From Octopus vulgaris (lineage: Eukaryota), in contig OX597820.1 in assembly GCA_951406725.2 (NCBI GenBank), forward strand, positions 56,420,001-56,484,000: a stretch of 64,000 nucleotides of DNA. The letters run 5' to 3'. Positions within the stretch are counted from its first letter, which is position 1, and the number at the start of each line of letters is the position of its first letter. The notes beneath the pieces were generated by a model. That model saw nothing but the letters and a program-made list of their open reading frames with translations, had not been told where the DNA came from and did not search any database. Both the position numbers and the translations under genes were made by a program. This document shows positions 1 through 13,481 of the stretch, piece by piece.

Positions 1-873
1 TCTTGTCAGTTAAGCACTTTGTGGTCACTGGCAAATTTCCTTTGTTCTCCATCACTTTAAACAATTTTCCTTTTATATCTAGTGGCAGCTCTTTTCTACT
101 TGCAATCACAGCAGCTCACATATTCCCACAGCTTCTAAATCCTTTGCAAGTTCGGCAACTGAAAAACCAATTGAAATAATATATGGTGCTGGTTTTACTA
201 TGGAAGTGTTAATTTCCAGGCTACATCATGTTCATTTATGTTGTCTCTCCCTCATTTAAAAATTCATAGCAATACTCAGTACTCTCCTCACAAAGTTTCC
301 ATACCTTGATTCCCTCATTTTGTGGGTTTGCCTGACATATTGTTGGAAATGTACACAATTCTTATAATATACAATAACTTAAATTGATAATTATCTTCCT
401 GATTTGTAATAGCTTTCATATTTTTACATATGCTCTGAATGTCATTGAGAAGGGTGCCTTATTTTATGTAAGGAATCATAATCTTCATGTACTGGCATAC
501 TACTACTGTTTGAAATATGCAAGAACAATTCTTCTGGTGGAAGATTTTCATTTACATTGCTTTAAATCATGAAATTTATATCATAGAACCAGCAGTAGTC
601 TCGGGCAAGTTGAGATCAATAGGGATACTCTCACTTTGAAGTATTGTCCTCATTTACAATTACAAATGCTGCATTGATTGTAACCAAGAAAACCAGGACA
701 ATTTTGTTGGATTGTAATAGGTCTCTCTGTATAAACTGAATGTAAATTAAAAATGCTTACTCTTTTATTCCTACAATTTTCACTGGTTATAGTAATTTGT
801 GTTTGTGCTAGGGTGCTGTTGGGAGAATATGTAAAGGATATGTAATAATTGTTTCAAATTTTAAATATTTCAG

Positions 874-975
874 AAAACTGCCACTGCTGTTGCTCATTGT
901 AAACGTGGTCGCGGTTTAATCAAAGTCAATGGTCGTCCATTGGAGAATCTAGAGCCACAGATTTTACGCTATAAG
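874..975 (+). CDS. RPS16: 40S ribosomal protein S16 (uS9), internal coding exon; first exon lies upstream of the window
   Basis: ttcag acceptor and gtaag donor; translates [34 protein letters not shown], the conserved RPS16 N-terminal block. Confidence 0.97.
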
Positions 976-1720
976 GTAAGAATTTCCAAATATGTATATT
1001 TCATTAACATATGACTGTTTAGTACGAACTTTGCTTCCCAATACATGGTTCTGGGTTCAGTTTCACTGTGTGGCACCTAAAGCAAATACCTTCTATATCC
1101 CTAGACCAGCACAAGCCTTGTGAGCAGATTTGGTAGAAGGAAACTCCTTGTCTTGTTATTGTCTCTGTCATACAAGTAGTATAATGTATTTCCAATATTT
1201 TGAGAGAACATGTCTGGTCTTGGGGAAATCTATCACCTTGCTTGGAAACTGGTGAGGGTTAGCAACAGGGAAGGTATCCAACCATAGAAAATCTGCCTCA
1301 AAATCTGCAAGCATGGAAAAGTGGATGTTAAATTGATGATTATATATAACCATTTCCATTTAATCATGGAATTGTCATATCTTCATCACTGGAAACAATT
1401 TGTTTATGCTTGAGTTTTCTTGCCATTTTGTAGTTTTGTTAATATCTCTAGAACAGTGATTTTACTTCAACCATTGACAGTTGCTGCTAATTAGAAAATT
1501 CATTGGTTGAACTATATTGGAATAGCTTGTCTAAACTACTCTACTAGATTAATGAACTTCCTTTATATAATTGTCTGATTTAGTTTTTCAAATAGCCTAT
1601 GACATGGCAAATCAAAAGAGCAGAAGCTTTCTATGGTATTTTATAAATTTACAGAAATGAATATTTTATCTTTAATATCCTATTTTAAATAAGCTGTAAA
1701 TGTAAATTTCTTTCTTCTAG

Positions 1721-1817
1721 CTACAAGAACCACTATTATTGCTCGGAAAAGACCGATTTTCTGCAGTTGATATTAGAGTAAAGGTGAAAGGTGGTGGTCA
1801 TGTTGCCCAGATTTATG
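1721..1817 (+). CDS. RPS16: RPS16 coding exon
   Basis: ttctag acceptor and gtgag donor; [32 protein letters not shown] + G (phase 1). Confidence 0.97.
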
Positions 1818-4442
1818 GTGAGTTCTTTTCACTTCATCTAATTTAACTTTATCTCAATTTCATATTTAATCAAGAGAGAGGTGCAGTATCTACCCATTAC
1901 AAGTTCTCCCAGCCGGTATAGATGGATATAGTCGTTGGTACTTCTGCTGCTTGATACTTGAATAAAAATGCAATTTTAGGAGATAGCTTTGTTTTGGGAG
2001 TAATTTGCAGGGATTGTTTGGGTGGGAGTGGTAGTTTTATAGTTTAGAAAAAAAAAAAAGCATATCTTTTTAAGCTAGTCTGATCTATGATGTGAGTGTA
2101 GCATGAATGCCAGCCCATGAACATGCAATACTCATATAGTTATTGACTTCATAGGAACAGGACTTGAATATGTCCTAGTCTTGTGGAGGTAATTTAGTGC
2201 CTTTGTTTTCTCAATTACATAGGTGTAAAGCAGTGCAGTGTATAGCCAAATGGTTAAGAGGTTAGCTGCACGACCACTTCATGGCATCTTAGGAATATGT
2301 AATTTTTTTTTTAAATAGCCCAAAATCAGCTTGTATCTTGTGACTGAAATTGGGTAGAGTGAAATTATACAGAAACCCATTAGCTGGATTGTACTTGTAA
2401 TTTAGGCAGGACAAGTCTTGTCACACAGTGTGTCCTGCTGATTCTTCCTGAAAAACTAAGTTATGGGTACCTGTTTTAGAAATGCTCAAGCACTTAGCAT
2501 TTGAGGAGGAGGCAATTCAGTTGATGGAAAAGCTGAATCTGCATTGAATGATGGAGATCCACCATCAAGTTATAAAATGTAGTATTGTTACAGTTTAAAA
2601 ATATTCATGTATGTGGTCTGGAGAACCAGTGGCTGCACCAGGCTCCAGTCTGATTTGGCATTGCTTTAAGGAAGGGCATCCAGCTGTAGTAACATTGCAA
2701 GATTAGATTGGAGCCTGGTGCAGCTGCTGTCTCTCCAGACCTCAGTCAAACCGTTCAACCCATGCCAGCATGATAAACGGACGTTAAATGATGATGACGA
2801 TGTATTTCATTCAGTAGAAGGATCAGGAGTCAACCATATTCTTTCAGATTCAGTTGCCCTGTATGGCACCGTGCACTGAAGTATCTACTATAATAATACT
2901 TTTGTGTTTTTCTCCGTCACATGTGAGTGAGACAGGAAGGGGTGATAGATGAATAAGGAAAGAAGGGGTGATGGCAAATTTGGTAGTGGGATGATGGGAG
3001 TTCTATAGTGAAAAAATCAGTGTTTCTACTTTGTCAGTATATGTGTAAATGTTTGTGTGTGTGCTATGGAAGTGAGATAGTGAACATTCAATGCTGAAAA
3101 GAAAAATCAAACAGCGTTTCAACTCTGAGTATATGTATGTGTACAAGGGAAGTATGTGAATGTTTGTATCTGAGTATTATGTACCTTATTTTATACCTTA
3201 TGTATAAAATACAATTAGCCATCATTTTGATGGCACGGGACCAGCTAATGTGTATATAATTCATCATTTAGTGACAATGCAATATTTTGCTGCTATTCTG
3301 TTGGCAGAATACTGCTAGCTGGACACTGATTATTGGCTGTTTTGTCAGTCCACTGGTTTGTTCTGAGAGGAAGTGTTTAACCTGTGACAGCAACTAAAAA
3401 TTCTCATGACTAAAGACTGCTGATTTCAAATGGAACATTACTTCCATCAAAGTTCTCAGTAGAGGAAAATGATTGGTGTGTCATGTACAAGGGCATGTCT
3501 TCAGAAGATATTTTTTTAGATTGTTCTTTACTAAGCCAATTCCTTTTGAGCAATAGGGTGGTATTTGGTAATCAGAAGATGGTTTTACTTAAGAATTTAC
3601 CTAGGGTGGGCCTCAGAAAGAAAGTTTCATGAAATAGGTGAACTGTGATTGTTCTGAAGGAAGACTTGCTGGGGTTAATCACTTGGATTGGAGCAGCTTT
3701 CACATCCTTTAACTGTACATAAGGTTGTAAGAGCATATATTCAGGAAGGTTTTATGTGTTGAGCCTAAAACTGGAACCAAATTTGTTTCTTAGAGAATCT
3801 TAGCTAATAGTAGATTATGTAACAGAGTTGGAAATTTTCTTAGCAAAGATTGCTTGTGTGGTGATGGTAACTTTCTGATGTCATGGGCAATGTTTAGGGG
3901 CTCTTGAAGAAGGATAGTATTGGTAAATTTAGCAGTCCTTCGTGTTTCAAAGATCAGCACATTTACTGCAAAAGGTAGTCATTTATCAAATTGGCAAAGT
4001 ACCAAATTAACTGCTTTGAAATATCAGTATCTCTATCTCAAAATATTGTACTGTAGGTTGATGTGGGTTATGATATATGATTAAGTAGTGATATTCAGGA
4101 ATAAAGACATATTCCAAATTTTGTTATAAATTGCAATTTTTGAACTACAAAAATATTGACTGTTTCAAAAACTTTTTTTTTGCATTTCCTGTCTATATCA
4201 TCATCATCATGGATATTTTGTACACATTTGCATTGGATACTATAGTTTCAAAAAAATTAAAATGCTTATTGCAATTGAATAGAAAAGAATGCTTTTTTCA
4301 GCGATCCCCATTTGGGAGCCTATGACACGAAAGAGTTTCATATCTGGATGAACATTATTTACTATTTTTACCCCAAATTTCTAAAATATTTGGATTTTTG
4401 TGCTATATATGTTGTTTGCATAATGAAGTACTTCATTTTCAG

Positions 4443-5525
4443 AGCCTTTCATAAGGAGTAAAACTAAATTTCTAAATCTAGAGGAAATAAATGATTTGTT
4501 GAATGATCCTGATTTTGTGGCTGAAATTTCTAACGTATCTGATGATGATACACCAAAAGGTGAGGTGGAACTTCCTCCTGACAATGCGTGTCGTTTCTGA
4601 TGAGGAAGAGATAGATGAAAATGAACTTGATAATTATCCAGATGAGTACCTGGATGCTTGGAATCGCACTCAAATGGTTTAGAAGATTCAGGAACAAATT
4701 CAAGAGATTGAGTCGAACTTGCAGCTAAACGTTGAAAGTGCAAGACGAAATCAAAACCAATTTGGAGTATGTCATGAAGAGTTTCATGTTGAAAGAGGAA
4801 ATTTTGATGCAATAAATAATAAAATCAACAAAAAAATCATTTCAAGGATAATCCCCTGTAGAGGCTTTTGAAACACTTTTTGATGATGTGATAACCCATA
4901 TTGTAAGACAAAGTATCATATATGCTATTCGAAATAATCGACATAAACCTCAAATTTTCACTGGATTACTTGAGAAAGCTCATTGGATTTTATTTACTAA
5001 CAGGCTAGCGTCACTTGCCACAACAACAAATGTGTTTGTGTGAGGATGAAGATGTAAAGATTCAGTTCATTTGTATGGCATGAAATAGATACATTGAAAT
5101 TAAAAGAAATTTGCACTTCAATGATAACTCTAACATGTGGAACAGGTGCAATTCTCAGAATGTTCAAAATTGCACCACTAATTCAAATGATGAACAAAAG
5201 ATTTGTTGAGGTTTTTTCAAAGCACCTGAGCAATTGATGAACAAGTGGTGCCGTATTAAGGTTGCCATTTTCTGAAGCAATTCATAAAAAGTAAGATTTG
5301 GATACTAACTGGGCAATGTACTGCTCCACAACAGGTTATTGTTTTCATGTTGACTTGTATGAAGGTAAGAAAGGAGGACAAAATTCTTCATTTGGATTAG
5401 GAGCTACAGTTGTTTTGAACAGTTTGCAACTTCAGAATCCTTCAGACCACATAGCTGATAATGTTTTTTTACATGTTTTGAGCTTAAAAAATACCGAGAA
5501 AGGAGTTTGTGTTCATCCTGTCTAA
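4443..5525 (+). pseudogene. Decayed piggyBac (PGBD-like) transposase in an RPS16 intron
   Basis: Frame-broken motifs: acidic N-terminus, SPVEAFETLFDD, IDEQVVPY*GCHFLKQFI, CSTTGYCFHVDLYEGKK...GLGATVVLN; many stops and frameshifts. Confidence 0.8.
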
Positions 5526-5559
5526 TGAAAACTAATGTATTTCTTTTTAATTTTTGCAG

Positions 5560-5607
5560 CTATCCGTCAAGCTATCTCTAAAGCTCTTGTTGCCTACTAC
5601 CAGAAAT
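5560..5607 (+). CDS. RPS16: RPS16 coding exon
   Basis: tttgcag acceptor and gtaag donor; (A)IRQAISKALVAYYQK, phase-compatible with flanking exons. Confidence 0.97.
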
Positions 5608-6528
5608 GTAAGTTTTGTGAATCAGTCTTGGTTTTTTTAAGTGTTTTATAACATGCTAGGTGCCAAGGAATGATGTTGCAAAGCACAACATTAGTTTCAC
5701 ATATGAGTTTAAAGTGTATTCCAGATTAGTGGTTGCTGCTAGTAATATATCTTTTAAATTTTATGTCTACTATAATTGATTTAAAAAAATTACATAACTT
5801 TTGCCATAATGATAAATTTTTAGTTTCTTTATTTGAAACACTTAGTTCATCCCCTAAGGGTCTTTATCCAAATCCTGCTGGATGTAACTATCTTGTCTGG
5901 TCTTTAATGTTGATTGGCATAAATTCCTGTAATATATTAATAAAATAAATTCTTGAGTAAAATAAAAAAATTAGAGAAAAAGTTATGTGAAATATGGCAA
6001 TCTCTCTGCAAATTTGTATTGTTGTTTAAAATCTCACATGTAACCATTTAATACTACTAAAGTCTTTATCAGATGTTACAAATTTTTCTGCACATCTATT
6101 TCTTTAAAAATTCATAGTGCTCACAATATAATGGGGGTAGGCATTTTGGGGGTGCAACTTTATTTCAATTCTTGGTGGATAGAAACTTTGTATTTTTTAA
6201 CAGTAGTTCTTTGTTTTATTAGAAACAAATGTTATTCTAACATGATGTTATATTCCTTTAATAACACCTTCCATGCTTTGACAATGAGTGCAGACATCTG
6301 TGAGATTTAAGTTAGCTTTTTACTCCATGGTTGAAGTTCAGTCTCATTGCACAGCAGCCTCAGATTGTTAGTAGAAATAAAGTACTTGGATTGATGAAAT
6401 CCTTTGAAGGCAATGTGTAGCATGGCCACTATCCAATGGCTAACCCAATTGAAAAAAAACACACACACACACACACACACCAAAACAAACAAAAAAATCA
6501 ACAGAATAGAACAATTAAGAGCTAATAA

Positions 6529-6729
<201 letters not shown>

Positions 6730-6738
6730 AATATATGT

Positions 6739-6744
6739 AATAAA
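6739..6744 (+). promoter_or_regulatory. Polyadenylation signal of RPS16
   Basis: AATAAA 9 nt after the stop codon, followed by T-rich sequence; short 3'UTRs are typical of RP genes. Confidence 0.75.
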
Positions 6745-6869
6745 CATGGAATTTTTCTGAGAAATCTTTGAGTTTTTTTCGTTTTTGAAAAGAAGCTGGA
6801 TTGAGATTGTGTTTTCAAATCTATCTGATCTGTTGTAGCATAGAGATAGGCTTAGACAAAAAGCCACAC

Positions 6870-6900
<31 letters not shown>

Positions 6901-7199
6901 CACTTGTTTGCTGGGCAGATTTTGACTGTCTCTATGTGTGAAAGAAGTGTCAGCTGGCTGTGTGACATGAATTTGTATATTTGAAAAACTAAATGGTTAT
7001 TAAGAATAATGGTTACAACACAGCTGTAGATACTTATCTATATGGCATTAATAAATGGGGCACTTTCCTATATAACCATATTTCTGTAAACTTACGTGAA
7101 TCCAACTCAGTAAGATGGTTCTTGGTTCTATGGTAGAAGCTTCTCGTTTTAACCATTGAGCATTCAGATTACTCAGATGTAATGTTATTTTATTTACAG

Positions 7200-7550
7200 T
7201 GTTATGAATTAATAGTGCATACCAGCGTTGCCTTACTGGCACTTGCGTCAGTAGCACGTGAAAAAACATTTGAGCGAGGTCGTTGCCAGTGCTGCTGGAC
7301 TGGATCCTGTGCAGGTAGCACGTAAAATACCATTTGAGCATGGCTGTTGCCAATACCACCTGAGTGGCCCTCGTGCCAGTGGCATATAAAAGCACCCACT
7401 ACACTCTTGGAGTGGTTGGCGTTAGGAAGGATATCCAGCTGTAGAAACTGCCAGATTAGATTGGTGTCTGGTGCAGCCATCTGACTCGCCAGTCATCATT
7501 CAAATCATCCAACCCATGCTAGCAATGGAAAGTGGACGTTAAATGTTAAT
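7200..7550 (+). mobile_element. SINE-like repeat with aggaagggcatccagctgtag...aacccatgccagcatggaaa...ggacgttaaatg tail; related copies at ~1230-1340, 2615-2800, 9255-9470
   Basis: Same tail sequence recurs four times in the window. Confidence 0.7.
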
Positions 7551-9488
7551 GTTCCAAGATTTTTGTGTGATTATTTTTAGAATGACATTGTATGGTAGGT
7601 GTGATAGGCTGGATCTGATCAGTTTGAACTTAAAACGCAAAGAATATTTGGGCATGATATGGCCAGTTGAAATGCTAAAGTGATACAAATTAAAACTTAT
7701 CAAAATTTCATTAATTTATGTTCCACACCAGTTTAATAATGAGTCATTTTATTAAATTCTTGTTTCTTAGCATACTTCTACGGAAGTATGGTAATAAAAG
7801 GAATAAAATTAGGATTAGGGAGATTTTATGAAACTGAAACTTGTTAATGGCTTCATTAGCACATCTGCAGACCAGAGAGACTATCATATTTTAAGTGGTT
7901 CATAGTTTGATTTAGTAGCTTTTCTCTGAATGCAGTCTAAGTGACTGTGTCGAGGCTTTTTTTTTTCAAGATTTAGTCATATTGACGCTTGTACTTAATT
8001 TAAGTAAAATGGGTTGCTTCTCTGGTGGTTCACAGACCGACAAATGACAGTCTCCTTTCCTAAAATAGTGACTTTTTTTTTGGATCTGCCCTATCTGTTA
8101 ATATGCAGATAAAGTAAATACTTTTTATTTAATTTCATGGTGTTGGACAACTTTAGAATATATTTATTTTATTAAACGAATTTGTACCGTTTCACTCGCA
8201 GTTGAACATAAGCCGGGTCTTAAATACGAAAGAGTTAGCTCCCTTCTATAGACGTAGTTGAGCCTCAAGATTGAAGTTTTCGGCATTTTGTAGTGGGAAA
8301 TTTTTAACATTTGTTTATAGCAAATATTAATATGCCACAGCATTAATTGTAGTGTCTCATTAATTTTTATTTCCTTTTTACAGTTACCCTTAAAAATATA
8401 TGAAATTGTTTTCCTGCCGGGCAATCTTGCATCAGCAAGGCTTTTCTCCTTTCTTAATTCCAGTATTATTTCTCAAAGGAACAGTGAAATTGCTTTGTTA
8501 TCTCACTCCAGCGATTTAACTCTACATAGTCTCCTAAAAGAATTGCAGCAAAACCTTAAAATACATTCTCAAACGTCTATGCAATGGTGAAATACATATA
8601 GGATAAACTAATGCATCTATCCTAGTTTATCATTGAGGTTTGGGTTAAGAAAAAGAAAAAAAAACAAACTAAAAAATACGTGATAAATGAATCATCTCAA
8701 CGCACTTTAATGGAACGAATGGTAAGATTCAAACTCACAGCTTACGACAACGAAGCTTCCATCGTTCTGTATTTTCTTGACCATCTCTACCTTTTCCAGT
8801 CAAGGGTGCTGTCGGCTGCGTCATGGGTTAAGACATCTTCATTTTTGTCCTGTCCACGTGGTGGGTACGAGTACGTAAATCACATTAACACCAGCGAGAG
8901 TTCATTCTGGGTAGTTGAACATTTTAGGTGGTCGCTGGGGCGCGTTCCTGCGGTATAAGCTGAACTTTTTTGATCGTCGTTAAACCGTGATAAGCATAAC
9001 ATGGTTCACAATTGAGTGTACTGTGTTGTCTTGGACCAGTGATAAATAAGGCTACATGTACTGAGTATTATAAGGGAATGAACTTGAAAAATCATTCAAG
9101 CACCAGATAAAATGTATTATGGTACGGATTGTATTCCGAGTTCAATTCCCCTCTGAATCAGTTTTGCACTTCGTCCTCTCAAAATGAATAAAGTACCAAT
9201 CCAATATGAAGGATTAGTACTTTTTATTCTTTAGGCGCTTTGTTGTACTCAAGAAGACCGACTTACCACAATGCAGCTGATATCCTAAAGCCAAGATGCT
9301 ACGTAAAAAGCATCCAGTACACTCTGTAAAATATTTGGTATAAGGAAGGGCATCCAGCTGTAGAGACATAGTCAAAACAAAATATGGAACCCGGTGCAAC
9401 TCCTGGCCTTGCCAGTCCCTGTCAAGCCGTCCAATCCATGCCAGCATGGGAAACGGACGTTAAATGAAATCGGATGTAGTCGAACTAC

Positions 9489-9868
9489 GAGAGTGGCTGT
9501 GTGGTAAGTAGCTTGCTTACCAACCACATGGTTCCGGGTTCAGTCCCACTGCGTGGCACCTTGGGCAAGTGTCCTCGGGCCGACCAAAGCCTTGTGAGCG
9601 GATTTGGTAGATGGAAACTGAAAGAAGCCCGTCGTATATATGTATATATATATATATATATATGTGCGTGTGTTTGTTGGTCCTCCCAACATCGCTTGAC
9701 AATCGATGTTGGTGTGTTTACGTCCCCGTAACTTAGCGGTTCTGCAAAAGCGACCAATATAATAAGTACTAGGCTTACAAGGAATAAGTCCTGGGGTCGA
9801 TTTGCTCAACTAAAGGTGGTGCTCCAACATGGCCATAGTCAAATGACTGAAACAAGTAAAAGAGTAAA
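9489..9868 (+). mobile_element. tRNA-derived SINE, family A, with internal (TA)n/(TG)n
   Basis: Head tggctgtgtggtaag (A box) ... ggttcagtccc (B box); many copies, e.g. 10328-10680+, 14548-14958-, 15300-15725+, 24880-25278-, 48650-49345+. Confidence 0.85.
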
Positions 9869-10327
9869 AACCTCCAAAGACCATAAGGACCCCGGTTTAG
9901 AACCTCTGATATAGATAGTTCAATCAGTAAACGTTGAGTTGTCTCCCTTACAGTATGCTAATCTGCACCTGCCAACTTCTTTTTGGTATCAAAATTGATG
10001 GTTCTGAAGTTTATTTTGTGAAATTAATACACAGCAGTATAAGTGCCAAGCAGTGTTAATAAGCATAAGCAAACTTAAGGTTAGTTAAAATATGTTTGCG
10101 ACACATTTCAGCTTCTAAAGGCAAATTCGCTGTAATTACCGTGGAGGAAAAATAAAATCTCTCATATAGTAAAGAAGCGGTTCGGCAAAAGAGACCGATA
10201 CAATAAATACTACGCTTTAAAACATAATACGTACTGGGGTCGATTTGTTCCACCAGACCCCTTCAAGGTGGTGTCCCAGCACTACTGCAGTCCCGTCACT
10301 GAAATAAGTGAAAGATAAAGATACACA

Positions 10328-10491
10328 GGCGGCAGGCGTGGCTGTGTGGTAAGTAGCTCGCTTACCAACCACATGGTTCCAGGTTCAGTCCCACTGCGTG
10401 GCACCTTGGGCAAGTGTCTTCTACTATAGCCTCGGGCTGACCAAAGCCTTCTGAGTGGATTTGGTAGACGGAAACTGAAAAGAAGCCCGTC

Positions 10492-10527
<36 letters not shown>

Positions 10528-10680
10528 TTACATCCCCGTAACTTAGCGGTTCGGCAAAAAGAGAACGATAGAATAAGTACTAGGCTTACAAAGAATAAGT
10601 CCTGGGGTCGATTTGTGTGACTAAAAGCGGTGCTCCAGCATGGCCGCAGTCAAAATGACTGAAACAAATAAAAGAATACA
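10328..10680 (+). mobile_element. SINE family A copy
   Basis: Near-identical to 9489-9868. Confidence 0.85.
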
Positions 10681-11025
10681 GTAAAAAAAAAAAGAAAAGA
10701 AAAAAAGAGAAAAATCAAACCCTCAGAAGTGAAATATGGTATCGACCCCTGTTTGCCAAACAACACATCCAGCCAGAATCAAAAATCATGCAAACATTCG
10801 TTTAGAAATAACAGCTCAATTTCAAATCTTACTGCCAAATTCAGTCCTAGATGGATATATTCGGAAAGAAAAAAAAAAAAAAAAAAATTACGGTTGTATG
10901 GTAAGAAATTTGCTTGGTTCCGGGTTCGTTCCCCCTGAGTCACATCACGGGAAAGTGCCCCATTCTATAGCGTGGGGCCGACCAAAGCCTTGTGAGTGGA
11001 TTTAGTAGACAGAAACTGAAGGAAG

Positions 11026-11432
11026 GCGAGCTTGGCAGAAACGTTAGCACACCGGGCGAAATGCGTAGCCGTATTTCGTCTGCCGTTACGTTCTAAGTTC
11101 AAATTCCGCCGAGGTCGACTTTGCCTTTCATCCTTTCGGGGTCGATAAATTAAGTACCAGTTACGCACTGAGTCGATATAATCGACTTAATCCGTTTGTC
11201 TGTCCTTGTTTGTCCTCTCTGTGTTTAGCCCCTTGTGCGTAGTAAAGAAATAGGTATTTCGTCTGCCGTTACGTTCTGAGTTCAAATAGTACCGCGGTCG
11301 ACTTTACCCTTAATCCTTTCGGGGTCGACAAATTACATACCAGTTACGCACTGAGGTCGATGTAATCGACTTAATCCCTTTGTCTTTGTTTGTCCCATCT
11401 ATGTTTAGCCCCTTGTGGGTAATAAAGAAATA
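11026..11432 (+). mobile_element. SINE family B (tRNA-like head + Meta/MESC-like core), dimeric, nested in a family A copy
   Basis: Core gcctttcatcctttcggggtcgataaa..agtaccag; two units joined at gaaata|ggtatttcg; flanked by an imperfect TSD agaa(a/g)ctgaa(g/a)gaag. Confidence 0.8.
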
Positions 11433-12019
11433 AGAAGCTGAAAGAAGTCCGTCGTCGTATATATATATAAGTGTGTGTGTCTCTGTTTGACTCACCATCG
11501 CTTGATAACCGGTGTTGGTGTGTTTACGTCCCCGTAACTTAGCGGTTTGGTAAAAGAGACTGATAGAATAAGTACCAGGCTTAAAAATATACATAAATAC
11601 TGGGGTCGATTCAATCGATCAAAAATTCTTCAAGGCGGTGCCTCAGTATGGCCGCAGTCAAATGACTGAAAGAAATAGTAAAAGGTATAAAAAATGTTAT
11701 AGGTAGAACCATCTTCATTGAAAATAGAAATAGCAGCCAAAATCTCCCTCAGATTATATTTTGAGAAATGGGGTCAATAGTGACTTGTACAACAGACAAT
11801 AAAGGAAGCTTTGTACTTCTTCAAGTATCACTTGAAGAGGAGAGTAGAGAGGCAAGTTTTGTCTAGTGAATGTTTAAAAAAAAGATGGGTGAATGTAGCA
11901 AGGATGGCACGTATGAATGACGAAGCCACCCTGACTATGATTCTATGAACCGTAAAAATTAATACAGAGAGTTGCTTATTTGCAAAAAAAAAAAAAAAAA
12001 AATATAACATGTGACTTCA

Positions 12020-12315
12020 TTGACCGAGGTTACCGTGGTCTTTTCAGTAGGCTTTTCTTTCCACGGGTAAACCTCACCTGTCCTCCCCTTTACACTTCAT
12101 ATTGACATTTCTGTGATTACGATCCCTATTGATCAACTTTTTTTTCCCCTCTCCCCCCGTTTTTTTTAATCCTCCCCTTTTTTTGTCCTCTTTCTTTCCT
12201 TTTACGATCCCTTTTAATCGAAAACCAACCCCCTCTTTTTTACCCCCAAAAGAAAAGCTCTACCTTGTAATTTGTTCTGTCTGTGTGCAGCCCTGTGTGG
12301 CTAATAAAGAAACAT
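12020..12315 (+). mobile_element. LINE 3'UTR-like repeat (second copy at ~55994-56365)
   Basis: Shared attgaccgaggttaccgtggtcttttc...ctgtgtgcagccctgtgtgg(ct/cc)aataaagaaac. Confidence 0.6.
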
Positions 12316-12923
12316 ATCTTATAAGGTGGAAGCGTGAAGATAAAACGTGACTTGACTTGAGGTTGCCAGTTGGTCAGTCAGTCCAGGACTCTGAGAGACC
12401 TTCAGAGTGAAGGATTACACAATGGTAGAATGCAAACGTGAAGTAAATTTATGATGAAATTTGGTTATAGGTGAGGCGAGCTGACAGAATCGGTAGCACG
12501 CCAAGCAAATTTCTTAGCAGCATTTCTTCTGGTTTTTATGCTTTTCCTCCTGAGTTCAAATTCTGTCGAAGTCAACTTTGTATCTTATCCTTTTGGGGTC
12601 GATAAAATACGTACCAGTTGAGCACTGTGGTCAGTATAATCGCCATGAACCCTCTCTCAAACCCCTCTCTCAAAATTTTCGGTCTTGTGCATATAGCAGA
12701 AAGAAAAAAATATGGTTATCACTAAGTCAGTGGTGCTATCATGACCCTGAAAAGGGTCACGAGAAGAAATTATCTTTAAACAGGGGATCTAACTCCATTA
12801 TTTGCAACAGATTGGATTCAGCTAAAATCATCCAAGGACCAGGTAATAGACTAACTCCTTCACCGAAGCTGGTACACAGACAAATTAATATACCGGTATG
12901 TGTGTGTTTGTCTTCGCATTACC

Positions 12924-13141
12924 TATTTCTCTACTACCCACAAGGGGGGACAAACAAGGACAGACAAACTGAATAAATCGATTATATCGACCCCAGTGCG
13001 TAACTGGTAGTTATTTAATCGACCCCGAAAGGATGAAAGACAAAGTCGACCTCGGCGGAGTTTGAACTCAGAACGTAACGGCAGACGAAATACCGCTAAG
13101 TATTTCGCCCGGCGCGCTAACGTTTCAGCCAGCTCGCCGCC
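12924..13141 (-). mobile_element. SINE family B monomer with 16-bp TSD
   Basis: TSD ttgtcttcgcattacc at 12908-12923 and 13142-13157. Confidence 0.9.
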
Positions 13142-13481
13142 TTGTCTTCGCATTACCACTTAGCCTCTTATGCCATGGAGATGTCTTTATATTACATAAA
13201 CAAAAAGCTGGAAGCTCGGTGGTTCAACACACGAAGATGTGGAAAATAAAAAGGGCTTCCGTCTATATAATAATTATTACCTCTAGCATTTAAATCGGTC
13301 GTATTTGGCCCTAATGGCTCACCCGTGTTATGTTCAAACTGGCTGTAACCGGTCTCTTACGATATTACTAAAAAAAAATCTTAAATCATGTCACTGAAAC
13401 CTCGTACTTTCGAGATACTGCATGTTTTGATATTAAATGTGATAAGGAGGTTCAGGACGCCATTCAAAATATTACGGCAAT

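Noticed and set aside
644-703. H/ACA-like hairpin ending in ACAatt in the first RPS16 intron
   Set aside because: No H box or clear first hairpin; AT-rich pairing could be chance
4381-4812. 143-aa minus-strand ORF
   Set aside because: Antisense to the decayed piggyBac transposase, with no recognisable protein
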